A stretch of DNA of 64,000 nucleotides from an uncultured virus (IMG/VR IMGVR_UViG_3300005512_000013) (Duplodnaviria > Heunggongvirae > Uroviricota > Caudoviricetes): IMG/VR virus record IMGVR_UViG_3300005512_000013; one strand, written 5' to 3'. The notes beneath the pieces were generated by a model. It had not been told where the DNA came from, ran no database searches, and saw nothing but the letters and a program-made list of their open reading frames with translations. Shown one piece after another: positions 1-9,348 of the stretch. Positions within the stretch are counted from its first letter, which is position 1. Every line of letters starts with the position of its first letter. The position numbers were made by a program, and so were the translations under genes.

Positions 1-2572
1 GGATAGGCTCAGCAGCGTACCCATCCAGGCCAAGCTGATTACTGATATCCAGAGCCATCTGAGTTGTGACTTCAGGATCTCTTAGCATCCACTGTTGAGT
101 GAGATCATTGTACTGAATAACTTCCGCTGCCTCTGCGGCAGAGGTAATACGCTGAGCGCCAACCTTGTCCCCGACAGAGTCGATTCGCTGATTAGCAACG
201 TCGACATCAATGCCGCTGTAGTCTCCTCCGAATATTGACCAATCAAGAGGATTGAGCAGAGTGTTTCTAGCGCCGCTCTGAGCTTGACTGGTTCCGGGCT
301 GGATAGAAAGAGCAGCACCGAAGAGAGTAGAAACCCCAGGGCCCCACGTCTCTACCATCTGCGTCTTCTTATCATACTCCAGGGGAATGCTTCCTCTCTG
401 AACAACGGCGCTTTCAAGGAGTTGGCCGATTCTAGTTTGGTCTCCATCCTGGAAAGCTCTCGACAGCATGATACGAAGATCATCAGGCATTTCGTAACTA
501 GCTCCGAGTTCGTTCTGGACTGCCTTAAGGACAGCATCAGATGTTACTCGGTAAGCAGAAGCTGCGGGAAAGATAGATCTAGCAACAGCTCCAGCGTGGA
601 CCGCCTCATCGAGAAACTCTTCGGAAACGCGATTGTCGCTGGTATAAGCCTTTGAGCGGACCATGCTTGACATAGTCTCGGCAACAATACTACTGTGTTG
701 TCCGGTAGGCTTATAAAAACCGTCCTCGTCAAGAGCGAGATAAGGGAGCATAGCTCCGATCTGAGCATTGCTGACAGCTTCGGGATCGCCTACATTGTCA
801 AGACTGAAAGAGATTCCGCCGTTGTTCTGATCCACGTTAACCTGCCAGGGAGTGTCCTCAGCAGCCGTAGACAGAATCAAAGCGAGGTGATCATGACCAA
901 GATCAGGGTTATTAATATACTCCTGATAGGCCGTGACCCACTTATCAATCATTTGTGCTCGAGCTTCAGGACCCTTCTGCCAAGTAGCTTGAGTGATAAA
1001 GTCAGTTCCCATCATACCAAAGGCTTGAGCCTTGGGATCACTGGGATCAAACTTACCGCCCGTGTTGGCATCGATAAGAGAAAGGCGAGGAGAGTCCCCA
1101 CCCTTAGAGGCAGCCACAAAGGGATCAGCTGTGATCCGCTTTCTAGCCTCGGTTGAGTCCGTAGTAGGACCATGCTTTTCCAGCTGGAACTTGGCTGCCT
1201 TGTCCTGCTCGTTCTGGCGCTGCTGCTTAGCAGCTCGGAACGTGGACATACCAACCTTAATCTGATCTTCCAGGTACTTAGAAAACTCCTCCGAATCAGG
1301 GTCCATGCCGACAAACGCGGCAACCCCTTCGTAGTCTGTCACCGCCACCGCATTCATCATTTCGGCAGCTTCGTCAGTAGTCATAGTAGCGTCCAGCTGG
1401 AACGCACCAACGGAGACCTTTCCAAGGTAATCACCGAGGATAGGCTGCCTCTGTCCATACGTCATGGGACGCTGTCCATTATTAATCATGGCTCGCATTC
1501 CGGCGAAGCCATCGGCAACGCGCGTGAAGCCAACCTCAGGATCCGTAGCGCTGACCCAATCCACCGAGGCAATCCGAGGGGACTGCGTGATGGCGGTCTT
1601 CTGCTTCAGGTCCTGGTCCGCAACCTCCATAGCCACAGCCTTGTTATAGGTGGGCTCGAGGGTGCGCCGGAGAGTCTGGCTGAGCATGTCGGCATAGGGG
1701 CCTTCGAACTTGCCGGACTGCTGGTTATAGGATTCCCACAAAGCCGCGCCGCCCTCGCCGCTGTAAGAGGCCATAGAAGCGAGAGCAGTCTGCTCCCACT
1801 CCTCGTACCCCACACTAGGCGGGAGCTCCATGTTGAGCCTCTCCAGGCCTCCTGAGGACTCCCAGGCTTCGATCGTATGCTGAGCCGAAGCCGACACAGA
1901 CTGCGCCCAGAGGGCAGCGTCGCCGAGCTGGGCAGACTTGATCTGCTCCGCCCTGGCGGTGTCCTTGCCGTGCTTCTTAAGAATCGACTCGTAGAGCCGA
2001 TCAGTGTTAGCCTGAGCATCGGCAATAGGCACGCCCATTGCAATCTGCTGCTCACGCGAACGCTGGGCCCAAGCGAGGTCTCCATTGAAGTCGAGGTTCT
2101 GAGCCGCGATGCGGTTGTTCGCAACCTCGCCTTCATACTGGGCGCGATACCGGTCGTTCAACCAGCCGCCCTTATATTCATTTTGAATATCCTGAATAGA
2201 CTTGAGCTTCGCCTCGTCGTTGAGGTAGCCCGGAGCCTCGGGATTAGTCCACTCATCCGCGGACTGCATGGTAGCAATCTTCTTCTTCATCTCAGTGAGA
2301 CGAGCGTCGTCGATCTGGTTACCAAGCCTGTCAACCCCTGCCATAGTCTGGCTAATTCCCTGGACCACGTCCAGAGCGTTAACCAACCCAGTGCTCGTAT
2401 TAAAGCTAGAGCTCTGGCCGACCTTGACAGTAGCAGTCTTGCCACTCATCGTAGCGCCCTTACCGGGCTGGACCTTCTGGCCCTGCACACCGGCGGCTTC
2501 TCCTACGACATTCTCAAGAGGATTACCCCCGAGACGGCCTGGCCCTTTGTCTTTCTTGTATGGGTTTCTCAT
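1..2572 (-). CDS. Large internal virion protein (gp15-like by position), runs off the left edge of the window
   Basis: Missing from the ORF track because it has no stop in the window. ATG at 2572 overlaps the upstream stop (ATGA); starts MRNPYKKDKGPGRLGG, and the same frame is still open at positions 2-60 (middle not translated by hand). Follows the gp14-like gene. Confidence 0.65.
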   Translation of the reverse strand, partial: MRNPYKKDKGPGRLGGNPLENVVGEAAGVQGQKVQPGKGATMSGKTATVKVGQSSSFNTSTGLVNALDVVQGISQTMAGVDRLGNQIDDARLTEMKKKIATMQSADEWTNPEAPGYLNDEAKLKSIQDIQNEYKGGWLNDRYRAQYEGEVANNRIAAQNLDFNGDLAWAQRSREQQIAMGVPIADAQANTDRLYESILKKHGKDTARAEQIKSAQLGDAALWAQSVSASAQHTIEAWESSGGLERLNMELPPSVGYEEWEQTALASMASYSGEGGAALWESYNQQSGKFEGPYADMLSQTLRRTLEPTYNKAVAMEVADQDLKQKTAITQSPRIASVDWVSATDPEVGFTRVADGFAGMRAMINNGQRPMTYGQRQPILGDYLGKVSVGAFQLDATMTTDEAAEMMNAVAVTDYEGVAAFVGMDPDSEEFSKYLEDQIKVGMSTFRAAKQQRQNEQDKAAKFQLEKHGPTTDSTEARKRITADPFVAASKGGDSPRLSLIDANTGGKFDPSDPKAQAFGMMGTDFITQATWQKGPEARAQMIDKWVTAYQEYINNPDLGHDHLALILSTAAEDTPWQVNVDQNNGGISFSLDNVGDPEAVSNAQIGAMLPYLALDEDGFYKPTGQHSSIVAETMSSMVRSKAYTSDNRVSEEFLDEAVHAGAVARSIFPAASAYRVTSDAVLKAVQNELGASYEMPDDLRIMLSRAFQDGDQTRIGQLLESAVVQRGSIPLEYDKKTQMVETWGPGVSTLFGAALSIQPGTSQAQSGARNTLLNPLDWSIFGGDYSGIDVDVANQRIDSVGDKVGAQRITSAAEAAEVIQYNDLTQQWMLRDPEVTTQMALDISNQLGLDGYAAEPI

Positions 2573-3216
2573 GATTGCAGTCCCTTAAGACCAGAGGCCA
2601 TGTCGAGGCCGGAGCTAATACCGCCAAAGATTCCCTGAGTAATCGCACCGGACGAGCTAGGCTTAATACCAATGTTGCCGGGAATGAACGCAGCTGACTG
2701 ATCCGCGTCAATGCCGCGGCTCTGCTGGTTCATCTGATTCTCAAAGTTTTGTACGACAGCAGCTTCCTGCTCGTAGTTCTTCATACTAATTTGATAGTTC
2801 CTGTCTCGCTCGGCCTGGAGGGCCTGACGCGAGAGGAGCTTAGCGGTGCCGCCTGAGGCGCCGCCCTGCTTGCCCATGATCTGCGAGGCCAGTGAAGCCT
2901 GAGCCGAACGGCTCTGCTGGTAGACCTGCTCACGGGCATCGGCTGTCATCTTCTGGTTCTGCCACTGAGCGTAGAACCTATTCGCCAGAGCAGCGTCGTA
3001 GATCTTTTGGTCCTGGATCCGCTTGTTGACGTTGGACTGAGCAATAGCTTCAGTCTGTCGGTCGTTAGCAAGCTGACCAAGGAAGTTGTTCTGCATGGTC
3101 TGATGCTTCTGCTGAAGGTACTGAGCTTCTTGCTGCTTCGCCTTCTGCATCCCGCCCATGATTCCGCCAGCAACGCCGACGGCGGCCATTCCGGCCAACA
3201 TAATACCCATAGTCAA
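2569..3216 (-). CDS. Internal virion protein (T7 gp14-like)
   Basis: 215 aa. Hydrophobic Gly/Ala N-terminus, Gln/Ala-rich helical middle and Gly-rich C-terminus, typical of gp14-type ejection proteins; precedes the large internal proteins. Confidence 0.6.
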   Translation of the reverse strand: MTMGIMLAGMAAVGVAGGIMGGMQKAKQQEAQYLQQKHQTMQNNFLGQLANDRQTEAIAQSNVNKRIQDQKIYDAALANRFYAQWQNQKMTADAREQVYQQSRSAQASLASQIMGKQGGASGGTAKLLSRQALQAERDRNYQISMKNYEQEAAVVQNFENQMNQQSRGIDADQSAAFIPGNIGIKPSSSGAITQGIFGGISSGLDMASGLKGLQS

Positions 3217-3671
3217 TACCTCATGTAATTGATTATTTCGTCGATTCTCTCATCCAGATCCTCAGTACGGACCCGGAGATGTGGAATTGATAAATATAGA
3301 TTGAGAGCTTCAGCTGACCTGTCGCGGAAATCTTCCGCCGACCAGGCGATACCAAGGGTAGCTAGCAGCTCCCGCTCTCTAACCATTTGCTTCTCAATAG
3401 AGGCAATCTGGCTGTCTCTGTCTCGTTCAAGTATTACCATCTTCTCGATGTCAGCATAGCGTGCGGACAGAGGCCACACCTTTACGATGACGTCTTCGAG
3501 AGATTGGTAGTTCTGAAAATGAGTTTCATAGTATCCTTGGGGGTTACCCTCCGCCGGCATCGTCTCGTCAATCGAGGGATCCCAGTGAACAGGCAGTCCC
3601 GCCTCGTGCATCATCCGCATAGTAAAGGATGTACCGGAGCGGGGTCCAACTCCCATTATGGCCCGGATCAT
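3213..3671 (-). CDS. Sulfotransferase-family protein
   Basis: N-terminal GxPRSGTS PAPS-binding loop followed by NPQGYYE, as in small bacterial/phage sulfotransferase-family proteins. Confidence 0.7.
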   Translation of the reverse strand: MIRAIMGVGPRSGTSFTMRMMHEAGLPVHWDPSIDETMPAEGNPQGYYETHFQNYQSLEDVIVKVWPLSARYADIEKMVILERDRDSQIASIEKQMVRERELLATLGIAWSAEDFRDRSAEALNLYLSIPHLRVRTEDLDERIDEIINYMRY

Positions 3672-5449
3672 CGTCCGAACCTCCGCTGCAACTTAGCGAG
3701 CGGGGACTCGGCAGGCTGTGACACGTTCTTATACTTGTCGTGAGCCAACCGAACTGCGCCCGAAGCAGCTTCGCCCAGCAGCCAGATGCCGCGTTGCGAA
3801 TCGTTCTTCATCATTTTCCAGGACTCGTCCAGCCTACGTTGCTTGGCAGCTTCCACTGCCTTGTCAACGTCCACGCCGAGCGACTCCTCAAAGTACTGAA
3901 CCGTAGCGGCCAGTGCATCAATTCTATCGTCATGCGACAGGGCCCCGCGCTCTCGGTAGAGGCGAGTCATCTGACGCTGAGTCTCTTCCTGCTTGATAGA
4001 GCGGGGAGACATGACCAGGCGGTGGGCACCCATGACGGGCTCCATCGCGGCGAGGATACGTTCCTCCTTCTGGCCGAACACAGTGTAACCTTCGATACCA
4101 ACCGGGCGGGGACACATCTCCCCAATGACCGGCCGGAGCAGGTTACCGAACATGCCGTCACCGAAGTTCTCTTCGTAACGGATCAGGTTCAGGTTAGGGT
4201 ACTCGTTGACCACCTTAGCGATCTTCTTAAGGAAAGGAAGCTCATAGCCGCCTTCGTACCCAATACATTCGTGAATAAAAATATAGCCGTTACCAGCTGA
4301 GGCTACCACCACAGCCGTCTCATCCCGACCGCGACCCGAGGGGTCGATCGTCATGACGGTCTGCTGGTAGTTCTTGTACTCGTTGCTGATGTACATAGGC
4401 TCGGTAATGAAGTCGCCCTGCAGGCCGTAGGAGGTATACTCCTTGGTAGGCTTGCTGGACCACACGATCTTCTCTGGATGCACATCCTTGTCCAGGTCCA
4501 CCACAACCAGGTCGGCCAGCCGCAGCGGGAACTTGTCCGCATCAGCGAGGCTGGTGTCAAGGTTATAGTGCAGGGAATAGAGCGTAGGGCCGACCTTAAG
4601 GAGTCGGCTCTGGAGCAGCTCGTCGTCGAAACGCTCGGGTTGCGTCGCCTTCCCAATACCCAGGCCCTCAGCTTGGAGCTCGTAGATGAACTCGTCGCAG
4701 TCCTGGATCTGCCCGAAGATGTCCGGATCGGGCATCACGGCAGGGAACTTGTGGCAGGCATAGGCTTCTCGCATCTTCTTATAGATAGACTCGGAGCTCT
4801 GGGGCGTACCCAGGATTCGGATGCCGCCACCCACGTTTCGGATCTGTTCGATTTCCCACACCTTATGCAGGAGCTTCTCTCGGGCCTCCGCCGTGTTGGC
4901 GTTGCCCTCAATCTCCACGTCATCCATGATGACCCAGTCAGCGTGACTACCCGTGATCTGACCAGAAATACCTCGTGCGAACACAGAGGCATCCTGACCG
5001 ATGCGGGTACGCGATTCAACATTAAAACCAAATGCCGAGTCCTTGGTGTTAGGACCAGGAATCAGGTGAGCCAACTGAGGCACCAGCGCAATCGTGTTGC
5101 GAGTCATTGAAATAAACTCAGTGGACTTGTTACCCGTGGCCGACAGAACCATGACCACCGTGTTGGGGTCACGGAGCAGGAGCCACGTGGTGAAGATCGA
5201 CGTGAGCACAGACTTACCCGCACCACGTCCGGCCTGAAGCTGGAAGGACTCGGGGCCGTACTGCAGCCGATAGGCCATGGCATACTGAAGCCGCGTGGGC
5301 TCGCCCATGCCGAGATACTTCATGGCGACGTACAGGAAGTTCCTGAAGTCCATCACCATGTCAGGGTCCACGTTAGAGGGGATCAGCTCAGGGTTAATCC
5401 TAAGCCAAGGCCGCTCTTCGTCGGGGACCATGTTTGATCGGTCGTACAT
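3668..5449 (-). CDS. terL: Terminase large subunit (gp19-like)
   Basis: AGRGAGKS Walker A, ITGSHADWVIMDDVE, LGTPQ, nuclease IDPSGRGRDET and HDDRIDALA. Confidence 0.95.
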   Translation of the reverse strand: MYDRSNMVPDEERPWLRINPELIPSNVDPDMVMDFRNFLYVAMKYLGMGEPTRLQYAMAYRLQYGPESFQLQAGRGAGKSVLTSIFTTWLLLRDPNTVVMVLSATGNKSTEFISMTRNTIALVPQLAHLIPGPNTKDSAFGFNVESRTRIGQDASVFARGISGQITGSHADWVIMDDVEIEGNANTAEAREKLLHKVWEIEQIRNVGGGIRILGTPQSSESIYKKMREAYACHKFPAVMPDPDIFGQIQDCDEFIYELQAEGLGIGKATQPERFDDELLQSRLLKVGPTLYSLHYNLDTSLADADKFPLRLADLVVVDLDKDVHPEKIVWSSKPTKEYTSYGLQGDFITEPMYISNEYKNYQQTVMTIDPSGRGRDETAVVVASAGNGYIFIHECIGYEGGYELPFLKKIAKVVNEYPNLNLIRYEENFGDGMFGNLLRPVIGEMCPRPVGIEGYTVFGQKEERILAAMEPVMGAHRLVMSPRSIKQEETQRQMTRLYRERGALSHDDRIDALAATVQYFEESLGVDVDKAVEAAKQRRLDESWKMMKNDSQRGIWLLGEAASGAVRLAHDKYKNVSQPAESPLAKLQRRFGR

Positions 5450-5463
5450 ATAATCTCCTTGTT

Positions 5464-5496
5464 AAAAGGCGGGAGCCCCCGGTAGGAGGCCCTCGC
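5464..5496 (-). terminator. Intrinsic terminator-like hairpin between terS and terL
   Basis: Minus strand GCGAGGGCCTCC-TACC-GGGGGCTCCCGC followed by CTTTT. Confidence 0.5.
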
Positions 5497-5498
5497 TA

Positions 5499-5711
5499 TT
5501 AGTTACCAAACTTAAACGGCATGTCAATCTTGTCTGCAGCAGCATCAATAGCTTCCACGTCCAGGTTATCAACAGCGGCCTGATTATCAGTAATAACGCC
5601 GCGCACCACCTGGTACAGACCGGGCGTGCACTTCTCTGGATCCTGAAGATCCCTCATCAACGTATCGATCAAGGTGTCGTTCAGTTCCTGAATCTTATTT
5701 TTTCTTGCCAT
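5499..5711 (-). CDS. terS: Terminase small subunit (gp18-like)
   Basis: 70-aa helical protein directly upstream of terL; size and PF-containing C-terminus fit T7-type gp18. Confidence 0.6.
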   Translation of the reverse strand: MARKNKIQELNDTLIDTLMRDLQDPEKCTPGLYQVVRGVITDNQAAVDNLDVEAIDAAADKIDMPFKFGN

Positions 5712-5773
5712 GCATAGCTTCCTTTTTAGCAGCCCTTGCTTCTGCTGGCCTCACGCGAGGCAGCTGCTTTAGA

Positions 5774-5983
5774 TTAGGAGTCTTTTTCTTTTGACTTCTC
5801 AAGCAGAGTAATCCTTGTTTCATGGTGTTGAATATGGTTTCGAATATCGTGGATACTTCGCCGATTGGTATCTGTTTCCTTGATAACATTATCCAGCTTA
5901 TTTTCAATAGCCGGAATCTTCCATACCCTCATTAGCACAAAGCCCACCATCCCTGTAATCAGATACAGGAAATATTCAATCAT
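5774..5983 (-). CDS. Small membrane-anchored coiled-coil protein (possibly lysis-related)
   Basis: GGAGG RBS before MIEYF; one N-terminal TM segment followed by a coiled coil. Confidence 0.5.
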   Translation of the reverse strand: MIEYFLYLITGMVGFVLMRVWKIPAIENKLDNVIKETDTNRRSIHDIRNHIQHHETRITLLEKSKEKDS

Positions 5984-6001
5984 TACTTCCTCCTGCATCG
6001 T

Positions 6002-6409
6002 CTACCTCCCTCGCGCGATCGAAGACCCGCCAAGATAGAAGCCAACAGCGGCCAGCAAAGCAGCACGCAGCTCAGGCAGTACAACAATGCCAGTAAGGCG
6101 ATCCCAGCCTCCCGTGAAGAGTCCGAGGAAGTCCCAAGGGGCTCGCTCGGACTCGACGAAGGTGGGCATTCCAATGAGTCCACCGATGAAGGGGGCGATA
6201 GCCACGACCCAGAGGACTGTGAAGACGAGCACCCGACGGCCGATATGAGAACCACGCACAGCAGCGCGATCAGCGGAATCGTCAGCCACAGTTTGCTTCT
6301 GCAGCAGCATCTCGGTAGTCTTCTGCTGGTTCTCAATGGACGTAGCCATAAAACGAAAGATGAAGCCCGCAAGGCCACCACCCAACATACTGATAAGTTC
6401 CAAACTCAT
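6002..6409 (-). CDS. Multi-pass membrane protein, putative holin
   Basis: 2-3 hydrophobic segments; lies near the terminase genes, where T7-like holins are found. Confidence 0.45.
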   Translation of the reverse strand: MSLELISMLGGGLAGFIFRFMATSIENQQKTTEMLLQKQTVADDSADRAAVRGSHIGRRVLVFTVLWVVAIAPFIGGLIGMPTFVESERAPWDFLGLFTGGWDRLTGIVVLPELRAALLAAVGFYLGGSSIARGR

Positions 6410-7029
6410 CGCAAAATCCAATCTTTGTTAAAAGGTCTAAACCACCAATCCGTTGTATCTCGCATCTCCCAACCTCCGTTGGTGACGCCAATCCAGCCGT
6501 CCGTACCGTGAGCTTCTTGCACGAGGTTCAACCATGCGTTAAAAGCCTCACCGTAGAATCCTGCATTGTCGAGAACGCGGACAAGGTGCTTTTGAAAATT
6601 AGTCGTATCACATCCGATATGTACGGGCGGCTCAGGGTCCCAAGTGCAGAACGCTGCATGAAACCAAACCGCCCCGTTTTCAGCGATAAGTTTGTGATCG
6701 CCCGCGAGCCACATAATGGCTGCCGCAGACCATGCACCTACTTCGCTCCCCGCGATAGTTACCAATCGAGGATGAGCTTCCATTCTCCAATAGAGCTCAA
6801 GTCCAGCATAGGCGTGGCCGCCGCCGCTGTCAATGGTCAGGAGGATCACACGGTTGCCAGCTCTCGAGGAGAGAAGCTCCCAAAGCATGACATCCGTAGG
6901 ATCAACAGTACCGATATAACGAGCGGAGACGCTTGCGCTGTCCTCGTCCGTAACCTCGAACCAACCTGCTCCCGCAGACGAGCATAGCGATGCAACGAGC
7001 ACCGCAGCTCCCATCAAAAAGTTTCTCAT
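6406..7029 (-). CDS. ClpP/crotonase-fold serine peptidase-like protein with signal peptide
   Basis: IDSGGG oxyanion loop, GAWSAAA (catalytic Ser) and VWFH (catalytic His) in ClpP-like spacing; Sec-type N-terminus MRNFLMGAAVLVASLCSSAGA. Confidence 0.65.
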   Translation of the reverse strand: MRNFLMGAAVLVASLCSSAGAGWFEVTDEDSASVSARYIGTVDPTDVMLWELLSSRAGNRVILLTIDSGGGHAYAGLELYWRMEAHPRLVTIAGSEVGAWSAAAIMWLAGDHKLIAENGAVWFHAAFCTWDPEPPVHIGCDTTNFQKHLVRVLDNAGFYGEAFNAWLNLVQEAHGTDGWIGVTNGGWEMRDTTDWWFRPFNKDWILR

Positions 7030-7242
7030 GGTAATATCCTTTTTCTTTCTGGTATGTAAACTACTTGTTAAATTTTTAAAGAAGGGACCGGGGGACACAG
7101 CTGACCCCCGGCCCCACTATGATAAGTTCCGACGCTGCGTGTGCCCGTGCATGGGCTGACAGCACTGCATGAAAAGCGTAACCATTATGGCGTTCGCTCC
7201 ACGACAGCTGCTACAGCAGCAAGATCGGTCCTAAGGTTCAAA

Positions 7243-9348
7243 TTAAATTCCACCCCAAGTCGGGAATCCGTTAGGCTCGGGGATAGTCTCTGCGGGATAC
7301 AGGGTATACCAGTTATCCGGCAGGTTGTTAGCGACAGCTAGGGTAAAGCTATTAGCCCATCTGTGACCCACCTTACCGCCATCCGACGCCCCAGTTGCGG
7401 CGCCGCCGATCTGGTTCAGGTTAGCCCAATCAAAGTAGCTAGGCTGGTCAGCTCCTCCTGGAGTAAGCACAGTATTGTTGACTGTATCTGACGTAGCATA
7501 TGGGCCGCCAACCGTAATAATATTACCTACGGTATTAGTTGCGACATAGCCGAGGCCTACGTCCTCCTTAGTAGTAGTCCAGTCACCGCAAAGGTTATTT
7601 GTGATGTACTTAGTCTCAGCATACCGAGAAGGATAATAATCAAGTCGGTATGAGTTGCTTTGAGTACTAAGACCAGAATCTTCTTGGTTATGCAAGATCG
7701 TGTTATTTCTAACGCTTTGGGTCTGAGTGTAAGGAACTCCGGGGGGATATGGACTACTATTAAAGGACACAGTAGCTTGACCGGACGGCACAATATCAGG
7801 CGCATAGTTATGGAGGACGAGATTGTTCTCGAACTTAAAGACTCCGCCTGCTCTGATCGCTCCTGAGTTTGGCCCGAATGCCTGATGGGAGAAAGCTCGC
7901 TGACAATCAAGGAACAAGTTATGACGAACCGTAGCATTCATCCAAGCACCCTGATACAGGGAGCATCCCTGACCGTGATTGGCCGCGGGGATATTAAAGA
8001 AGTTATCTTCAATCAGGGTATGAGCTACTGGGTCACCATTTTGGGCCGTAGTAAAGCCTTGAATCAGGACAGCAGAGCTCTTCGCTGTATTCCTAAACTG
8101 GTTCCGAACAATCTGAGATCCTTCAGAAGCAGAGATAGCCCGATACACAATATTATCAAACTTGCAATCCGCAACGTCAATCTTAGTGTCACTAGCTCCA
8201 ATGAAGGAACCTGTACTAGTGTGGAAGATACAGTTGTTCATCGAGCTGGCCGAATTCGTTGGACCAGCGCACTGGTACATATAACCACCGCCTCCACAGT
8301 ACCACTCAGTGCGGTTGAAGGTTGTGCTATTCGTACTACCCGTAAGATCTTCCCAAGTTTGGAAAGGAATGGGATACGAAACGTCAGTAAGTGTACTTTC
8401 CGCGTAAGGCTGGTAGAACAGCTTGCTCTGGCTGAGGTCAACAACATACTGACCATCTTCAGTCACAAGACTTTCGTCGCCTGTAATAGCGAAAGTAACA
8501 TACCCAGCATAAATAAGGCCATCCTCCGCAAAGGTTACCGTACCGGTTCCCGAGTCATACGTGAAAGACGTTTCTGCGACAATGTTATTTGCCGAGAGGT
8601 ACATCATAGTCCACGACGCAGGATCGGTAGCGGCGTTGTACACAGCTTCAAAGGCAGCCTTATCAGCCGTATCCAGGATCTGAAATCCCGTAACAACACC
8701 GCTGTACGTAACAATCGGATCTCCTTCAGCACCTGTACCGGAAGTCCAGGGCCAGGTATCTGAAGTATTATCAGGACCAGTTAGAGTACTGCTGGTGACT
8801 GAAGCCCAGTCGGGAACATTACAATGCACAATACCAGGGGTATTAGTCTGGTTAGCCTTAATAACTTCAATCCAATTTGAGTTGGCAGTCTGAGCTGCAT
8901 ACTTCATACCCACGGGTGGCGTAGGCCACGCAGCGAGGAAGGGAGGCTCAGGTGCGTCTCCATCGAAGAGCTTAGTGTTACCGCTGAGGGTAACCCAAGA
9001 AATAGCACCAAGCGAACTGAGATCTGATTCCTTCACAGCACCAAGCCCGGTAAAAGATATACCAAGCCCACCATTAATGATTCCGTCGTTTACAGTAAGA
9101 GAAGACCCGGAGGAATTCTTAACTGACAACGAAGAACCGGAGGGGGCAGCTTGCGCCTCCGCGAGGGAGGGAGCAAAGGACTTACCGGCAAGATCAAGAT
9201 TACCGCCATGGGTGGCGCTATCATCGACGAGAGCCTGCAAGTCGGCCATGGTTAGCTTTGCAACAGGACCATCATGCCCAATGGTTGTTCCATCGGCGGT
9301 AACGCTCCATGTTGTATAATCTAAAGTAAATCTATTGCGATTAGTCAT
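7243..9348 (-). CDS. Tailspike/receptor-binding protein with parallel beta-helix
   Basis: 701 aa with repeated beta-helix-type rungs (IVRNQF, LIEDNFF, TVRHNLF, FENNLV, VRNNTI). Confidence 0.6.
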   Translation of the reverse strand: MTNRNRFTLDYTTWSVTADGTTIGHDGPVAKLTMADLQALVDDSATHGGNLDLAGKSFAPSLAEAQAAPSGSSLSVKNSSGSSLTVNDGIINGGLGISFTGLGAVKESDLSSLGAISWVTLSGNTKLFDGDAPEPPFLAAWPTPPVGMKYAAQTANSNWIEVIKANQTNTPGIVHCNVPDWASVTSSTLTGPDNTSDTWPWTSGTGAEGDPIVTYSGVVTGFQILDTADKAAFEAVYNAATDPASWTMMYLSANNIVAETSFTYDSGTGTVTFAEDGLIYAGYVTFAITGDESLVTEDGQYVVDLSQSKLFYQPYAESTLTDVSYPIPFQTWEDLTGSTNSTTFNRTEWYCGGGGYMYQCAGPTNSASSMNNCIFHTSTGSFIGASDTKIDVADCKFDNIVYRAISASEGSQIVRNQFRNTAKSSAVLIQGFTTAQNGDPVAHTLIEDNFFNIPAANHGQGCSLYQGAWMNATVRHNLFLDCQRAFSHQAFGPNSGAIRAGGVFKFENNLVLHNYAPDIVPSGQATVSFNSSPYPPGVPYTQTQSVRNNTILHNQEDSGLSTQSNSYRLDYYPSRYAETKYITNNLCGDWTTTKEDVGLGYVATNTVGNIITVGGPYATSDTVNNTVLTPGGADQPSYFDWANLNQIGGAATGASDGGKVGHRWANSFTLAVANNLPDNWYTLYPAETIPEPNGFPTWGGI

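Noticed and set aside
7085..7240. tRNA or known ncRNA in the intergenic gap
   Set aside because: Only short hairpins and a terminator-like stem; no cloverleaf or T-loop consensus recognised.
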